Below, in pieces: positions 18,332 through 29,339 of a DNA stretch of 55,230 bases. The notes beneath the pieces were generated by a model. It searched no databases and was not told the origin of the DNA. It worked only from the letters and a program-made list of their open reading frames with translations. The DNA comes from a virus (taxonomy: Duplodnaviria > Caudoviricetes), in the IMG/VR virus record IMGVR_UViG_3300042397_000935, positions 1 to 55,230 of that record. One strand, given 5' to 3'. Within the stretch, counting starts at the first letter, position 1, and each line of letters begins with the position of its first letter. The translations under genes and the position numbers were made by a program.

Positions 18332-20743
18332 TTAAAACTCCAAGATTATTTTTATAATTTCTGATTTGTTACCAGCTCTAGTAATCGGATCTAGATTTTC
18401 TAAGTATAGAACCTGACCGCTGCCAACAACAAAGTCTCCAGGGTATTTATTATTCAAGTTTTCGAGCACTTGACCAGAAGACACACCAGTAATTGGCCTT
18501 ACACCAAGTGGATCTAGATTAAATGTACTGAATTTGTTGCTGATGTACATTATATCATCATCGGTACTTCCGCCAAGTTCGATATGGTGGAATGCACCAC
18601 GCGCTTGAGCATACGAAACCAATCCGGCTTGTTCAACGACTTCATCATCAATAAAGCTTGTTCCACCTGAAGGGAAGTTTCCTTTTAATCTAGTAAGTTG
18701 AACTGCTGTGTTGAAAGCACTAGCGGCCTTATCGTTTACTTGAATTGCATTTTCTGCTAAATTAGATGTAGATTCGATAATACTTGTTACGTTTGAAGTA
18801 AGTCCAACAATACGTGATTCTTCAGTAAACACACCTGCAACGTTTGATAACGTAATTTGATCTGTGCTAACAGATGTTACTTTACCAGATGCTTGTAAAA
18901 CCAATGCTGAAATATCACAATCAGATGCAGTAAATAATGCATTACTCGTAGCAGTAATTTGATAGTCTTGTGGAACACTACTTACAGTAGAAAGAAAGTT
19001 ATTACTTCCTTTTGTTACAAGAACATAATCACCAACAGAGAAACTGTCTTTAAATGTTGGTGTTTGCGGATTGGCAAATGACGCTAATATCTGTGCACCA
19101 CTGCCTGATGTAACAGCATTGATCTGCAATATTGGAAGACTAGTATAATTGTTACCCTGATTTGATACTGTAATTGCAGTAATTACGTTTGCAGTTACTG
19201 TAGCACTGGCGGCAAATCCTGAACCGCCAGTTCCTAAATTATTTGCAAATACACTTACATCAGAAGAGTTTGCATAAGCTGTTCCACCATTGGCAATTGC
19301 TACGGTTGTTGAAATCCGTCCAAGATCTGTTTTTATAATTGCATTGCTTGATGCAGTAATACTTACATTGCCGTGTAGTTTAAACTGTTTGTATTGACGT
19401 ACAGTTTCACCAATCTGGAAGTTTCCGCCAATAGTATTGGCAGATTTAAGAATGAGATCAACATTTGTATAAAGAGGATTTTTAATAAGACCTACTTGTC
19501 TAAAATCATTCTGAGTAGGAATTTTGTTGCCTTCACTATTAGTAAACTTAGTACTAATACAAACTCTTTTAGCACCAAATTCTGATACAGGATCAGATCC
19601 ATGCCCGGCAATTGGAGATATAATTGGTTGTAATGTTGCTGCCTGGAATATTGATGCTCCAGATACAGACAGTGGCAATTGAATAAATGCGCTGTTAATA
19701 GTAATTGGCACTGTATTTGGTGTAAGTCCAGCATATGCTTCACCATAGCGATATCCTACGCCTACTGAAAGCATTTCAATTTCTACAATGCTATTTGAAG
19801 ACGTGCTATCAATAACAGCCATACCCTCGGCAGCTGTGGTTTCAGAACCATCACCCCAAACATAAACATATGGATACACTTCGTATGTGTCACTTGCAGC
19901 AGGTGCTGTTGTGAATGCAGAACTTAAAGTAAAGATCTTCTGCCCGCCAACACCTCGGTAATCTACAATACGACGATATTGATTTGCAGCGCCTACCGAT
20001 GAATTTGTAATTTTCAGCACACACCCGGTATAATAATCATCTTCAGCAATAGCAGTATCCGGTGCACCGTAAACCGTACTATCACCAAAAACTTTTAGAT
20101 CAGTAGTTCTAAATACGCCATCTGAAATATAATTGTTATATCCTTTACCAGGATTAACAATATCAATTAGTTCGATTGAACCAGGAACAGCTGCGGCTTG
20201 AACAACAGTGTTTGCAGTAACAGGAATATAGCTCTTACTAGCAAACTTTTCATATTGTGTTTTAGAAATACTATACATGTATTTCCAAATATAATTATCA
20301 CCTGTTTTAATATGAGTTAAGCTTTTTGTGGTTGGAGCAACAGTAGAGTTAACAAATACACTAGTATTACTATTGTTGTATAGACATTTGTACACATTAT
20401 ATTCTGTGCTATCATCTACAACCGCATAAAAGCTTTTATCATGCAAATCACCATCTGTATGGTCATATTTGTGATAAAAAGTGTTTGCCGTCCAAAGATA
20501 CTTAGGAATGACATGCATGACGTCACTAGCAGTAATTCTCTTAGCAAAGATCATATTATCATAAACATCAAAGTTTGTAGACTTAAGACTATCTACAGGT
20601 GTTGTCAGAATGGCATCACTATTAGGATACGGCGTGTGTTTGCCGGCAAAGACAAAGTAGTCATTGTTTGCAAAAGTATCGACAAAAGACGTCGCGCTCT
20701 CAACATTAAAATTGGTTGTTACAAGTTTCTGAGTAACTGACAT
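18332..20743 (-). CDS. gp8: Baseplate wedge subunit gp8-like, with insertions
   Basis: YNVYKCLYN, YIWKYMY, GHGSDPVSE, NDFRQVGLIKNP, C-terminal IKIILEF. Confidence 0.85.
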   Translation of the reverse strand: MSVTQKLVTTNFNVESATSFVDTFANNDYFVFAGKHTPYPNSDAILTTPVDSLKSTNFDVYDNMIFAKRITASDVMHVIPKYLWTANTFYHKYDHTDGDLHDKSFYAVVDDSTEYNVYKCLYNNSNTSVFVNSTVAPTTKSLTHIKTGDNYIWKYMYSISKTQYEKFASKSYIPVTANTVVQAAAVPGSIELIDIVNPGKGYNNYISDGVFRTTDLKVFGDSTVYGAPDTAIAEDDYYTGCVLKITNSSVGAANQYRRIVDYRGVGGQKIFTLSSAFTTAPAASDTYEVYPYVYVWGDGSETTAAEGMAVIDSTSSNSIVEIEMLSVGVGYRYGEAYAGLTPNTVPITINSAFIQLPLSVSGASIFQAATLQPIISPIAGHGSDPVSEFGAKRVCISTKFTNSEGNKIPTQNDFRQVGLIKNPLYTNVDLILKSANTIGGNFQIGETVRQYKQFKLHGNVSITASSNAIIKTDLGRISTTVAIANGGTAYANSSDVSVFANNLGTGGSGFAASATVTANVITAITVSNQGNNYTSLPILQINAVTSGSGAQILASFANPQTPTFKDSFSVGDYVLVTKGSNNFLSTVSSVPQDYQITATSNALFTASDCDISALVLQASGKVTSVSTDQITLSNVAGVFTEESRIVGLTSNVTSIIESTSNLAENAIQVNDKAASAFNTAVQLTRLKGNFPSGGTSFIDDEVVEQAGLVSYAQARGAFHHIELGGSTDDDIMYISNKFSTFNLDPLGVRPITGVSSGQVLENLNNKYPGDFVVGSGQVLYLENLDPITRAGNKSEIIKIILEF

Positions 20744-23700
20744 TTATTCCTCAACTGTCTTTGTCAAATAGTGACCGGTTGTTTCCGGCGCACTATGTGT
20801 GGTATTAGCTGTTATATTTATCACCGATACACCATTGCTATATGTAGATAATTTAACAGATGTTGATGTAGTTCCAACAACAAAATACAATGCGTTATTT
20901 GATAAGGCTCTTCTATTAAAAGTATGAGCTCCGGCAGGAGTTACGCCAGTAACAGTAATAGGCGTTCCTCTCTTAGTAGCAGAAACTTTGATACCACTGG
21001 AGTTTGCAAAGACTACATAATAGAAATTACCATCTGTAAGTCCGCCGACAGGATCGCCTCCACCGGCATTTAAGTATTCAACGTAATCATCTATTACAAC
21101 TGTAGAATATTCATAGGTTGAATTGCTTATACCAAATGACGGACGGCCTAAGAAATCACTACCTGATACATTTGCACTAAATCCAAATCCACCATAGTTT
21201 GCAGTAAGTGCAGAGTTACCAGTATCTGTTGTATATCTTACAAGATCACCATTTGCAAACGGATTGTTTGTGCCAACTGTAATTGTTTTATTAACAGAAC
21301 TAACACTATCATCAGAGTCAAACTGAATTTGTTCGCCGGTAGAGATCTCTGTTAATGACAATGCAACGTTAGCTTCTTCTACAACTAAAGCAGAACCAAA
21401 GAATTTAGTTCCTGCAGTGTGCATAACCTTCTTAAACATATCAGCATAACGGTCTACAGAAATCTTAGATAGAATCTCATACGAATACTCTTGATAATAA
21501 TCTCCATCGTGGACATACATATCTTCCGATAAGAATCCTCTTGAACTCTTATAGTATCCCTTACCAACACCACTGCCATCATTAACTATTTTGATACTAC
21601 CAGATCTTGCACCATCTTCTGATGTATATTGTACAACATCACCATTAGAGTATCCAATACCAGAATCCACGACTTGCAATGATGTAATTTGGCCAAGCGC
21701 CGTAATAACGTTTGCTTCAATCGAAGCATTTAAACCTATCGGATAAAGCAAATCAGTATCTTCTGCAACACCGATTACATCTGCTGTTGCGCCTGAAACA
21801 TCGCCTCTCAGAATAGTACCAGGCGCAAAGGTGTTTTCAAACGTAAGGCGCTTCACACGAACAACCGATGTATTTGCAGATTTTACAATTCCCTTTGCGG
21901 TTGATGTAATCTGATATAGAGCAAAGCTTTCAATATTTGCAGTAACATAAGGATTTGTATACGAGTTAAGAACGTTTGCCGTAATTACCCCAGTGTTACC
22001 AGCAACTCTTACATAACCATTTGACCCGATATTATAAACCGACTGTACGGTAACATTTACAACCGGAGAACTATTGACATATAATGAATCACCTGGCAAG
22101 AATCCAGGAATAGTAGAAAAGTTGTGTGATTCTGCTGACCCAGAGGTTGCGTTAATTGCTTTGACTGATCCATTAGCTGTATCCGAAAGCTTGAACCCGA
22201 CTGTGTTAGCGCTTACAATATAATATGCAGTATTGTTTGCTAATCCGTCAATAACGGTGTTTGATGTTGGTGTTCTGTATATAATACGTTGATTGTTTGC
22301 AAACTCGTTTGCATATTTAACAATATTATGTCCGCTATAACTAGCGTTATAATATCTTAAGGTATGATTCGAATCGCCAGGGTTAAGACCGGTGATATCT
22401 ACATTTGCACCGCCAGCAGTTAACGAAAGCTTTAGGCCACTTGAGTTTGCATAACGAACATAATAAAGTTCATTGTTTGATAGTCCAGTAACTGCAGTAC
22501 TGGTTGTAATGTATCTTACTTGATCGCCATTTGCCAAATATGTATCGGCACTTGCAATACTAATAAAATCAGTTGCAGAGTTTACGGATGTGTTTGAGTT
22601 AAATGTTACACTGTTAGCTAATGCATTAATACTAACATTCGAACCGCCTGGAGTCAATGAAAGAGATATCCCGGTAGCATTTGCAAAGGCAACATAATAG
22701 AATGCACTATTAGATAATCCAGTCAATGCAGTGTTACTAGTATTTGTATAATAACGAATATACGTATTTGATGGATAGTAGAATTCTGCATTTGCAAGTG
22801 CTATGAAATCAGAATTAGAGTTTACGTCATCTGATGAATTGAATGTAACGGTGTTTGATGTATATAAAATGAAATCATTGCTACTTTGAATTTCATCTTT
22901 AGTATTTACATTAAAATTCTTTTCAGTATACTCATTGCCATATGCACCATTATCAACCTTGAGATCATAATATTCCAGATTAGCAAGTGTCTGATTAACT
23001 TTTTCACCAATTGCAAACACGGCTGATGAATCTGATATATTAATGATAAAGTCTTTACGGCCAAATGCAGAGATATATGGTTGATACGCTAGAACATATG
23101 GATCTACGTTATAATCAGATCCAGGGTCAACACCCGATAATGAACCAATAGTACCGATAGTGAACTGGCCAAATTTTAAGCAAGAATAAATGGTATTTTT
23201 GGCGTCGCCTTGCGGATTTTGTGGAAACCCGTATGCAGCTGCTGTAATAGGCAATGACATATATGCCTGATTTGCTTGAGTTATTGTAGTATGAGGAGCG
23301 GCAGCGTTGATTGCTGTGTTTGTTGTATCATCACCATACTTAATAACATTACTATTAGCATATGCCGTTGTATTTGCTGTACCTCCGCTATTCGCAAAAA
23401 GATTGTGGTTATCCTTAGTACGAATTACGCCTGTTGCAGTTTCAAATACTGTACCATGAACCAGCTTGTATATGTAATGTCCTTCTTCATCTACTTTATT
23501 ATTAGCAAATGTCAAGTAAATTGAATTGTTAATTTGAGTAGTTTTTGTAGACGGATATGATAAGATTACACCGCTTGTATTAGATGCAGCAACATAATAA
23601 TAGTTATTGCTGTCTAGTCCATTGAGTGCAGTATTACCAGCATCAACATTATACTTAACAATATCGCCAAGAGCAAATTTTGAGTTGGCCGTAGGAAGTG

Positions 23701-25813
23701 CAATAAATCCGGTCGCAGCATTTACAGAACTGTTTGCGTTGAATGCAATTTTATTAACCGTTTGATATACTCTATTGCCGATAGTAAATCCGGAGCTGCT
23801 ATCAACTGTTAGTTCGACCCGGTCATAATCAAGCAGTGCAGTACCGTTAGAAGCAAGAAGATCAGTTCCGATGAATATTGTTTCAGTGTCACCTAACGTT
23901 CCTACGTTAAATTGTGCACCAGAACCGAAACTGGTTGTAATTGGAATTGCAGATGTATTAGTTGTTTGTGTAAAAATTCTGGCATATTGAGATGCAGTAT
24001 AATCACCGCCAGTAACATTAGCTGTATCTGTAACCGTGATAGCAAATGAGGTATTTGTATCCGTATAAAATGTTTCAGTGTCGGTAAAATATCCGCTAAG
24101 TGGAACAAATGTAAGGTTACCGGTTGCTGTACCAGAATCGTGTGATACTGTTAACAAGAGACCCTCAGCAACTTTTTGGCCGGTAGAGTTGTAACGATAT
24201 ATACGCTTGCTTTCAGGAAGCAAATTATTATTAGCTCCAGAATATTTTATTGTATTAACAGTCTTCCGAATCTCATACACACCAACATTTAAGTCAACCG
24301 ATGCAATCTCTGCAGAGATTGCAGCATTGTCGGCAACTTCAAGTCTTTGACCAGCTAAAAACGATCCAGATGCAGTATTAATAGTAAGAGTATTTGCGCC
24401 ATCAACCAATGTAATATTCTGAATAACACCGCTACCAATAATAGCAGATGTATTCTTATAAAGAATAGATTGACCTACTTGTAACGTTCCTGTCTGGCTA
24501 GTTACAGAGACCGTATAAGTTTGTGGGATGCCCATCACTTTACCGGTAATTGTAGCATCTTGTACGGTATTGGCGTAAAATGATATAGCATTTGCAGTAG
24601 TATAATAGGTTGCTGTATTTGTGAATACGCCATTAACATGGGAAACCACAGCAGTACCATTTGCACCTATCTGTGTTAGACTGATAATTTTACCGGCTCC
24701 AGCAATAGCGCCTGCTCCGGTATATCGAAAAACAGTATTACCGACTCCAATCTCGTCAGTCGCGCCGGTAAATTCTAAGTTTATAATAGGCTCAATAGCA
24801 TTATCAAACAGTCTAAAATATGGACCGCCACTTGTTGTAGTAACGTTTTCTAATGTTATTACTTTTTCAGAAATGATAGATTCTGCATCTAATGTGTAAC
24901 CATATCCACCGTCAATAAAGATGAAGTCAACAATACCGGTTGCTTCACTGACAGATTCTACACGAGCAATACCGCCTTCGCCGTTTGTAGATCCTTCAAA
25001 TGTGACAAGATCGCCTACTCTAAAATTGCGGCCACGATCTTGAAGGATAACACGTTTGATAGATCCAAGAAGTTGTGCTCTTTTGGATCTATCAAATGTT
25101 GGTATATTATTAACATTTAGACCAATAAGTTCACCGTTTGTAAACGAACCTTGAAGGTTGCTGATGTACAAAAGATCTACATACCCGGCAGATGTACGAC
25201 GGCGAATAAACTTTTCAACGAATGCCTTAGCACCTGACAGACCACCGATGATCTGTTTACCAACATACTCGATATTATAACGGTTGTGCGTTACTTCCAG
25301 ATATTCTGGTCTTTCCCATATGCCATCTGAAACTCGAAGAATTTTATCTGCAGGGTAACTAACTTCGGCAAATGTACCATATACCAACTTAAAGAACAAG
25401 TCGATTGAGCGCTCAGTACCTTTAGAACGATAAAGATCAAGAGAGTTCTTAACCAATAGTTGCTTGTTGGTAGCTGTGTCGAACTGGATATTCTTAAGAT
25501 ACTTTTCTTTAAACTCAATGATAAACTCATCTAGTGTAGTATCAATATCTCTGTATTGCGGTAGTTTACGCGTAGTGTTTATAATACCAGGGCCAACAGC
25601 TTTATTAGTACTGTTTGATGTATATGAAATAACTGCATTCGAGCCAATATAAGGTGTTACTATATCACCATTGGCAGCGGTATAAGAACCTGTATTTTCT
25701 AGCCACTCGTAATACGCCTTAACAAAGGCAATAAACTGTGGCCCCTCTTCCTTATAAAAAGAAGGAAATTGATTCTCTATAAGAGGAGAAATGAGTGATT
25801 CTATATTCTTCAT
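20744..25813 (-). CDS. gp7: Baseplate wedge initiator gp7-like, with repeated beta modules
   Basis: QFPSF...FVKAYYEWLE, YRSKGTERS, DGDYYQEYSYEI, HTAGTKFFG; lies between gp6 and gp8. Confidence 0.82.
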   Translation of the reverse strand: MKNIESLISPLIENQFPSFYKEEGPQFIAFVKAYYEWLENTGSYTAANGDIVTPYIGSNAVISYTSNSTNKAVGPGIINTTRKLPQYRDIDTTLDEFIIEFKEKYLKNIQFDTATNKQLLVKNSLDLYRSKGTERSIDLFFKLVYGTFAEVSYPADKILRVSDGIWERPEYLEVTHNRYNIEYVGKQIIGGLSGAKAFVEKFIRRRTSAGYVDLLYISNLQGSFTNGELIGLNVNNIPTFDRSKRAQLLGSIKRVILQDRGRNFRVGDLVTFEGSTNGEGGIARVESVSEATGIVDFIFIDGGYGYTLDAESIISEKVITLENVTTTSGGPYFRLFDNAIEPIINLEFTGATDEIGVGNTVFRYTGAGAIAGAGKIISLTQIGANGTAVVSHVNGVFTNTATYYTTANAISFYANTVQDATITGKVMGIPQTYTVSVTSQTGTLQVGQSILYKNTSAIIGSGVIQNITLVDGANTLTINTASGSFLAGQRLEVADNAAISAEIASVDLNVGVYEIRKTVNTIKYSGANNNLLPESKRIYRYNSTGQKVAEGLLLTVSHDSGTATGNLTFVPLSGYFTDTETFYTDTNTSFAITVTDTANVTGGDYTASQYARIFTQTTNTSAIPITTSFGSGAQFNVGTLGDTETIFIGTDLLASNGTALLDYDRVELTVDSSSGFTIGNRVYQTVNKIAFNANSSVNAATGFIALPTANSKFALGDIVKYNVDAGNTALNGLDSNNYYYVAASNTSGVILSYPSTKTTQINNSIYLTFANNKVDEEGHYIYKLVHGTVFETATGVIRTKDNHNLFANSGGTANTTAYANSNVIKYGDDTTNTAINAAAPHTTITQANQAYMSLPITAAAYGFPQNPQGDAKNTIYSCLKFGQFTIGTIGSLSGVDPGSDYNVDPYVLAYQPYISAFGRKDFIINISDSSAVFAIGEKVNQTLANLEYYDLKVDNGAYGNEYTEKNFNVNTKDEIQSSNDFILYTSNTVTFNSSDDVNSNSDFIALANAEFYYPSNTYIRYYTNTSNTALTGLSNSAFYYVAFANATGISLSLTPGGSNVSINALANSVTFNSNTSVNSATDFISIASADTYLANGDQVRYITTSTAVTGLSNNELYYVRYANSSGLKLSLTAGGANVDITGLNPGDSNHTLRYYNASYSGHNIVKYANEFANNQRIIYRTPTSNTVIDGLANNTAYYIVSANTVGFKLSDTANGSVKAINATSGSAESHNFSTIPGFLPGDSLYVNSSPVVNVTVQSVYNIGSNGYVRVAGNTGVITANVLNSYTNPYVTANIESFALYQITSTAKGIVKSANTSVVRVKRLTFENTFAPGTILRGDVSGATADVIGVAEDTDLLYPIGLNASIEANVITALGQITSLQVVDSGIGYSNGDVVQYTSEDGARSGSIKIVNDGSGVGKGYYKSSRGFLSEDMYVHDGDYYQEYSYEILSKISVDRYADMFKKVMHTAGTKFFGSALVVEEANVALSLTEISTGEQIQFDSDDSVSSVNKTITVGTNNPFANGDLVRYTTDTGNSALTANYGGFGFSANVSGSDFLGRPSFGISNSTYEYSTVVIDDYVEYLNAGGGDPVGGLTDGNFYYVVFANSSGIKVSATKRGTPITVTGVTPAGAHTFNRRALSNNALYFVVGTTSTSVKLSTYSNGVSVINITANTTHSAPETTGHYLTKTVEE

Positions 25814-27609
25814 TATTCTCTAATCTGCTCGATTGTGATATTGATGTCAGGTTCGATGATATTTAATATCACGTTCTGAATAGCTGTAACATCACGTGTT
25901 CTTGGAACCGCATAAATTTTCAATGATGTACCAGTATAATTTTGAATAATTAGATTGTTAAGTCTAACTACTCCATTGTCATAATCAACTGTTCCGATAT
26001 CTACGATCTTTTTATGATTGGCACCAGATGGTGTTACAATTCTCATAACACCATCACCATTATCTTCTAGAACACAATTTTGTATTCCAGTATATGTGAA
26101 TGGTGTTGATGTGATTGCATGAACATCAACAATAGGATGTTCATCACCAAGCAACGGAATCTTATCTGTTAGCGGGGATTTAAAATCAACAGTAAGATTG
26201 AATGGTACATTAAGATTGGGCGTAATATACTTTACAAGATTGATATCAATTTCGTTACTAACAATGCTAGCATCTGTTGAGTCAATTGCCTGAACAAGTT
26301 TAGAATATCTAAATGTTTTTGTAAAGCTATTTAGGCTCGTAGATGCATAGTTTAAAATGGTATCAATTACATATGTACGAATATCTTCTGGATTCAAACC
26401 TGTACGGTTGATATTATACTTAACAGCACCGGAGATATTGAGATATGTGTAATCTGGGCTGATAAAAATTGGTTCCATTGCAACAGATGCACGTGAGCGC
26501 AAGAATCTTCTGTATTCATCTTCTTTAATCTTTGGAAGGCCGTCGACTTCTGTCAGATCAACAGAAACAAAGATACGACCATATTGTGGAGGAGTTGCAT
26601 CCTCACCACCGTATGCAGTTACTGCGTTGATTTCTGGATAGTTAGCTTTTAATAGATTCTCATAATCTTCAGCTGTAACAGCACGTTCCTGTGTGGTGAA
26701 GGCACGTGGAGCATTAAACTTAATTGAGTTAAGATCTTCTGCAACTGCACCATCAGCCGCTGCACTGAGTGTAGTAATAGCAACATTAGATTCGTTATCA
26801 ATACGACCGGCGTTGATAAACTGGAAAGCCCCGTTAGGAAGTTCGCCGTTTGATGTACGATATTCAATAATAACAATTGAATTGTTTTTTGGCTTTCTTC
26901 CTACAACACCATCACCAAAAACTATTTCGTATAAATCACCAATGCCCGGTTGTAAGAAAAACACGTTAGATGTTTCATCATGCCCGAACATTGAAGTTGC
27001 TCTAGAATATTCTAAGACAACTGAACCGTTATCTTCAAGCACACTAACAGCAATACTGGATGCATCCACATTTTTGTTATTAATCTTAAAGACTAGTGGA
27101 TTGCTATAGTTAACTGCGTACGTATCGCTTAGATAGTTGCCTTCGTAAATTGTAATAGAATCGCTGACAAACGATCCTCCAACTTTATTAGTAATTACAA
27201 CGTTTTCACGTGTTGTAAATGTATATGAGTAATCATCAACTCGTGAGATAAAGCCAGTGCCTTTTGGCACAACGATTGAATTCTTATTAGCATCTGTAGG
27301 AGTGATTGTTAGTCTAATATTAGCTCTAGCCGATGTGAACGACCTAGGAAGATAATTCAGTTCTTTGGCATGAGAGATAACACTATCACGAAGCTTTGCA
27401 GAATCTAGGAACATTTCGTTGCTGACCATGTTCATATAAAAAGCATTTTGATATGTGTTGTATGCCAAAATGTCTAACAAAACTGATAGGTTACTGCCTT
27501 CAAAATCGTAGTCCTGGAACTCTTCCTGCTCGGTAAGATAAGACTTTAATGATGCCTTGAACGAGTCAAAGTCGAGTTGTGTTAGAGCTATACTTGAATT
27601 TGTAGCCAT
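25813..27609 (-). CDS. gp6: Baseplate wedge subunit gp6
   Basis: LDFD...FQDYDFEGSNLSVLLDILAYNT, FGDGVVGRKP, QERAVTAEDY. Confidence 0.93.
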   Translation of the reverse strand: MATNSSIALTQLDFDSFKASLKSYLTEQEEFQDYDFEGSNLSVLLDILAYNTYQNAFYMNMVSNEMFLDSAKLRDSVISHAKELNYLPRSFTSARANIRLTITPTDANKNSIVVPKGTGFISRVDDYSYTFTTRENVVITNKVGGSFVSDSITIYEGNYLSDTYAVNYSNPLVFKINNKNVDASSIAVSVLEDNGSVVLEYSRATSMFGHDETSNVFFLQPGIGDLYEIVFGDGVVGRKPKNNSIVIIEYRTSNGELPNGAFQFINAGRIDNESNVAITTLSAAADGAVAEDLNSIKFNAPRAFTTQERAVTAEDYENLLKANYPEINAVTAYGGEDATPPQYGRIFVSVDLTEVDGLPKIKEDEYRRFLRSRASVAMEPIFISPDYTYLNISGAVKYNINRTGLNPEDIRTYVIDTILNYASTSLNSFTKTFRYSKLVQAIDSTDASIVSNEIDINLVKYITPNLNVPFNLTVDFKSPLTDKIPLLGDEHPIVDVHAITSTPFTYTGIQNCVLEDNGDGVMRIVTPSGANHKKIVDIGTVDYDNGVVRLNNLIIQNYTGTSLKIYAVPRTRDVTAIQNVILNIIEPDINITIEQIRE

Positions 27610-28046
27610 TATCGTACTCTATAAAGGGTTAAATTGAGTGTAACAGGATTAACACTATTTATTACTTCAAAATAGATGTATACATCATACGCGTGTCTTG
27701 GCTCGTTTGCTTGTACTACAATATCTATGATCCGTGCACGTGGTTCATAAGCCTCGACAGTTTCAGCTATAGTCTTCTTCAGTTGATCTGAAATCATATC
27801 AGACATGTTTTCAAATAACAGACTGTTAATCCTGCTGCCAATCTCCGGCTGAAATGGCCTGTCATACTTCTCGGTAAGAATTAGATTACGAACAGAACGC
27901 TTGACCGATTCCTCGTTGGTATACTTGGCCAGCCGTTTGTTCTGTGGATGGGAATTGAAATTCGTATAAAAGTCACTATAATAGGGCTTCTTCTCAGAAG
28001 CTACATTAGTTCTAGTAATCTTATCAATTCTGGTGACGTCTACCAT
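27609..28046 (-). CDS. gp25: Baseplate wedge subunit gp25
   Basis: SVKRSVRNLILT...RPFQPEIGS...YEPRA; adjacent to gp6. Confidence 0.9.
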   Translation of the reverse strand: MVDVTRIDKITRTNVASEKKPYYSDFYTNFNSHPQNKRLAKYTNEESVKRSVRNLILTEKYDRPFQPEIGSRINSLLFENMSDMISDQLKKTIAETVEAYEPRARIIDIVVQANEPRHAYDVYIYFEVINSVNPVTLNLTLYRVR

Positions 28047-28067
28047 CTAAAACTCTTTTTCTTTTAT

Positions 28068-29339
28068 TTATTCGACGTATACGACTTCTATACAGTCTGG
28101 TAACAGATTCTCAATTAAAGAACCAAAACTAAATACTACCGGGAAAATGATTCGAAGTACTTCACATTCGGTTAAAGGATTCTTACCTGAAAGAATATCT
28201 GCAACCTTCTTAATGATCTTGAAGATCTTACCGACGATAGGGAACTGATTTAAAATTGCGGCAGGAGCTTTTTCAAGGATCTCGTTGATCTTTACAATCA
28301 AACCGCCCTTAAAGAAACGACGAGCCTTTTCAATAAACTCCTTAACAGCATCTTCCAGTTCATGAAAAATGTCTTCCTTCATGACGATATCTCTCTTGTT
28401 TCTATCAACATCAATAAGATCGCCAACGGTTCCAATAAGTGGAATACGAATTGCTAGGATCTTTTCAATCACCTCATCAAGTAGTTTCTCACCAAGATCC
28501 TCAGCTGCTTTGCCAGATAAGACATCTTCTTTTGCCTTCTTAATCTTGGCTTTATATTCAGCAACCATCTTATCGAACGCCTGTTCGACGGTGATTGTAG
28601 GATCTACGGCAGCGGTGATCAGATCATAGATCGGCTTACCGATAATCGGAATGTTTTTTACTACTTTGGCTATAGCCTCGGCAACCGCACCAATAAAATC
28701 ATTGATAAGCTTATTGAACCAGTTCTTTACTTTATGCCAAACCTCTTCGGCCTCAAGATCAGGAGACTTAATTCCAAGACTGCCATCAAACGTAGATTCA
28801 ATACCAAGGAACTTCTTTACTTCTTCAAGATCTTCTTTAAGAGCAGCCTTTATCTTTCTTTGGCCATCTTTCGTGAACATATCAATAATTAACGGATCAT
28901 ACTTGTATGGATTGCCGTTAGCATCTATTAGTGTTGCAGTTCCAAGAAAGGGGATTGGAACAATAAACGGATTCGGAACACCAAGAAGTTTGGCAACATC
29001 CAAAAGGATCTCTACAATACTCTTTTTAAAATATTCCTCGATGTCCTTGAATAGTTCACGTGCTCTATATCGGTATTCAAGTTCTTTTGACTTTAGTGTT
29101 TGAAACGGATCAGTCGTAACACCTTCAATCGGCTTCATTACTTGTTCAATTGCAACGGCTGCTGCAATCAAAGCAAGTGAGCATTCATCATCTAGATCTA
29201 AATTTGGTGCAGACAAGTTAAGTCTGCCCATTGTTCTACCAATGTTTTTAAAATAAGCGTCTAATTCTTTTTTTCCAATCTTACCATCTGCCGGACATTC
29301 TAGCTTTGGAATCTTTGGAAGTTGGATAGTAATTGTCAT
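28068..29339 (-). CDS. Hypothetical helical protein in the baseplate hub region
   Basis: 423-aa ORF coupled to gp5; repeated IPxxG motifs; no family recognised. Confidence 0.7.
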   Translation of the reverse strand: MTITIQLPKIPKLECPADGKIGKKELDAYFKNIGRTMGRLNLSAPNLDLDDECSLALIAAAVAIEQVMKPIEGVTTDPFQTLKSKELEYRYRARELFKDIEEYFKKSIVEILLDVAKLLGVPNPFIVPIPFLGTATLIDANGNPYKYDPLIIDMFTKDGQRKIKAALKEDLEEVKKFLGIESTFDGSLGIKSPDLEAEEVWHKVKNWFNKLINDFIGAVAEAIAKVVKNIPIIGKPIYDLITAAVDPTITVEQAFDKMVAEYKAKIKKAKEDVLSGKAAEDLGEKLLDEVIEKILAIRIPLIGTVGDLIDVDRNKRDIVMKEDIFHELEDAVKEFIEKARRFFKGGLIVKINEILEKAPAAILNQFPIVGKIFKIIKKVADILSGKNPLTECEVLRIIFPVVFSFGSLIENLLPDCIEVVYVE

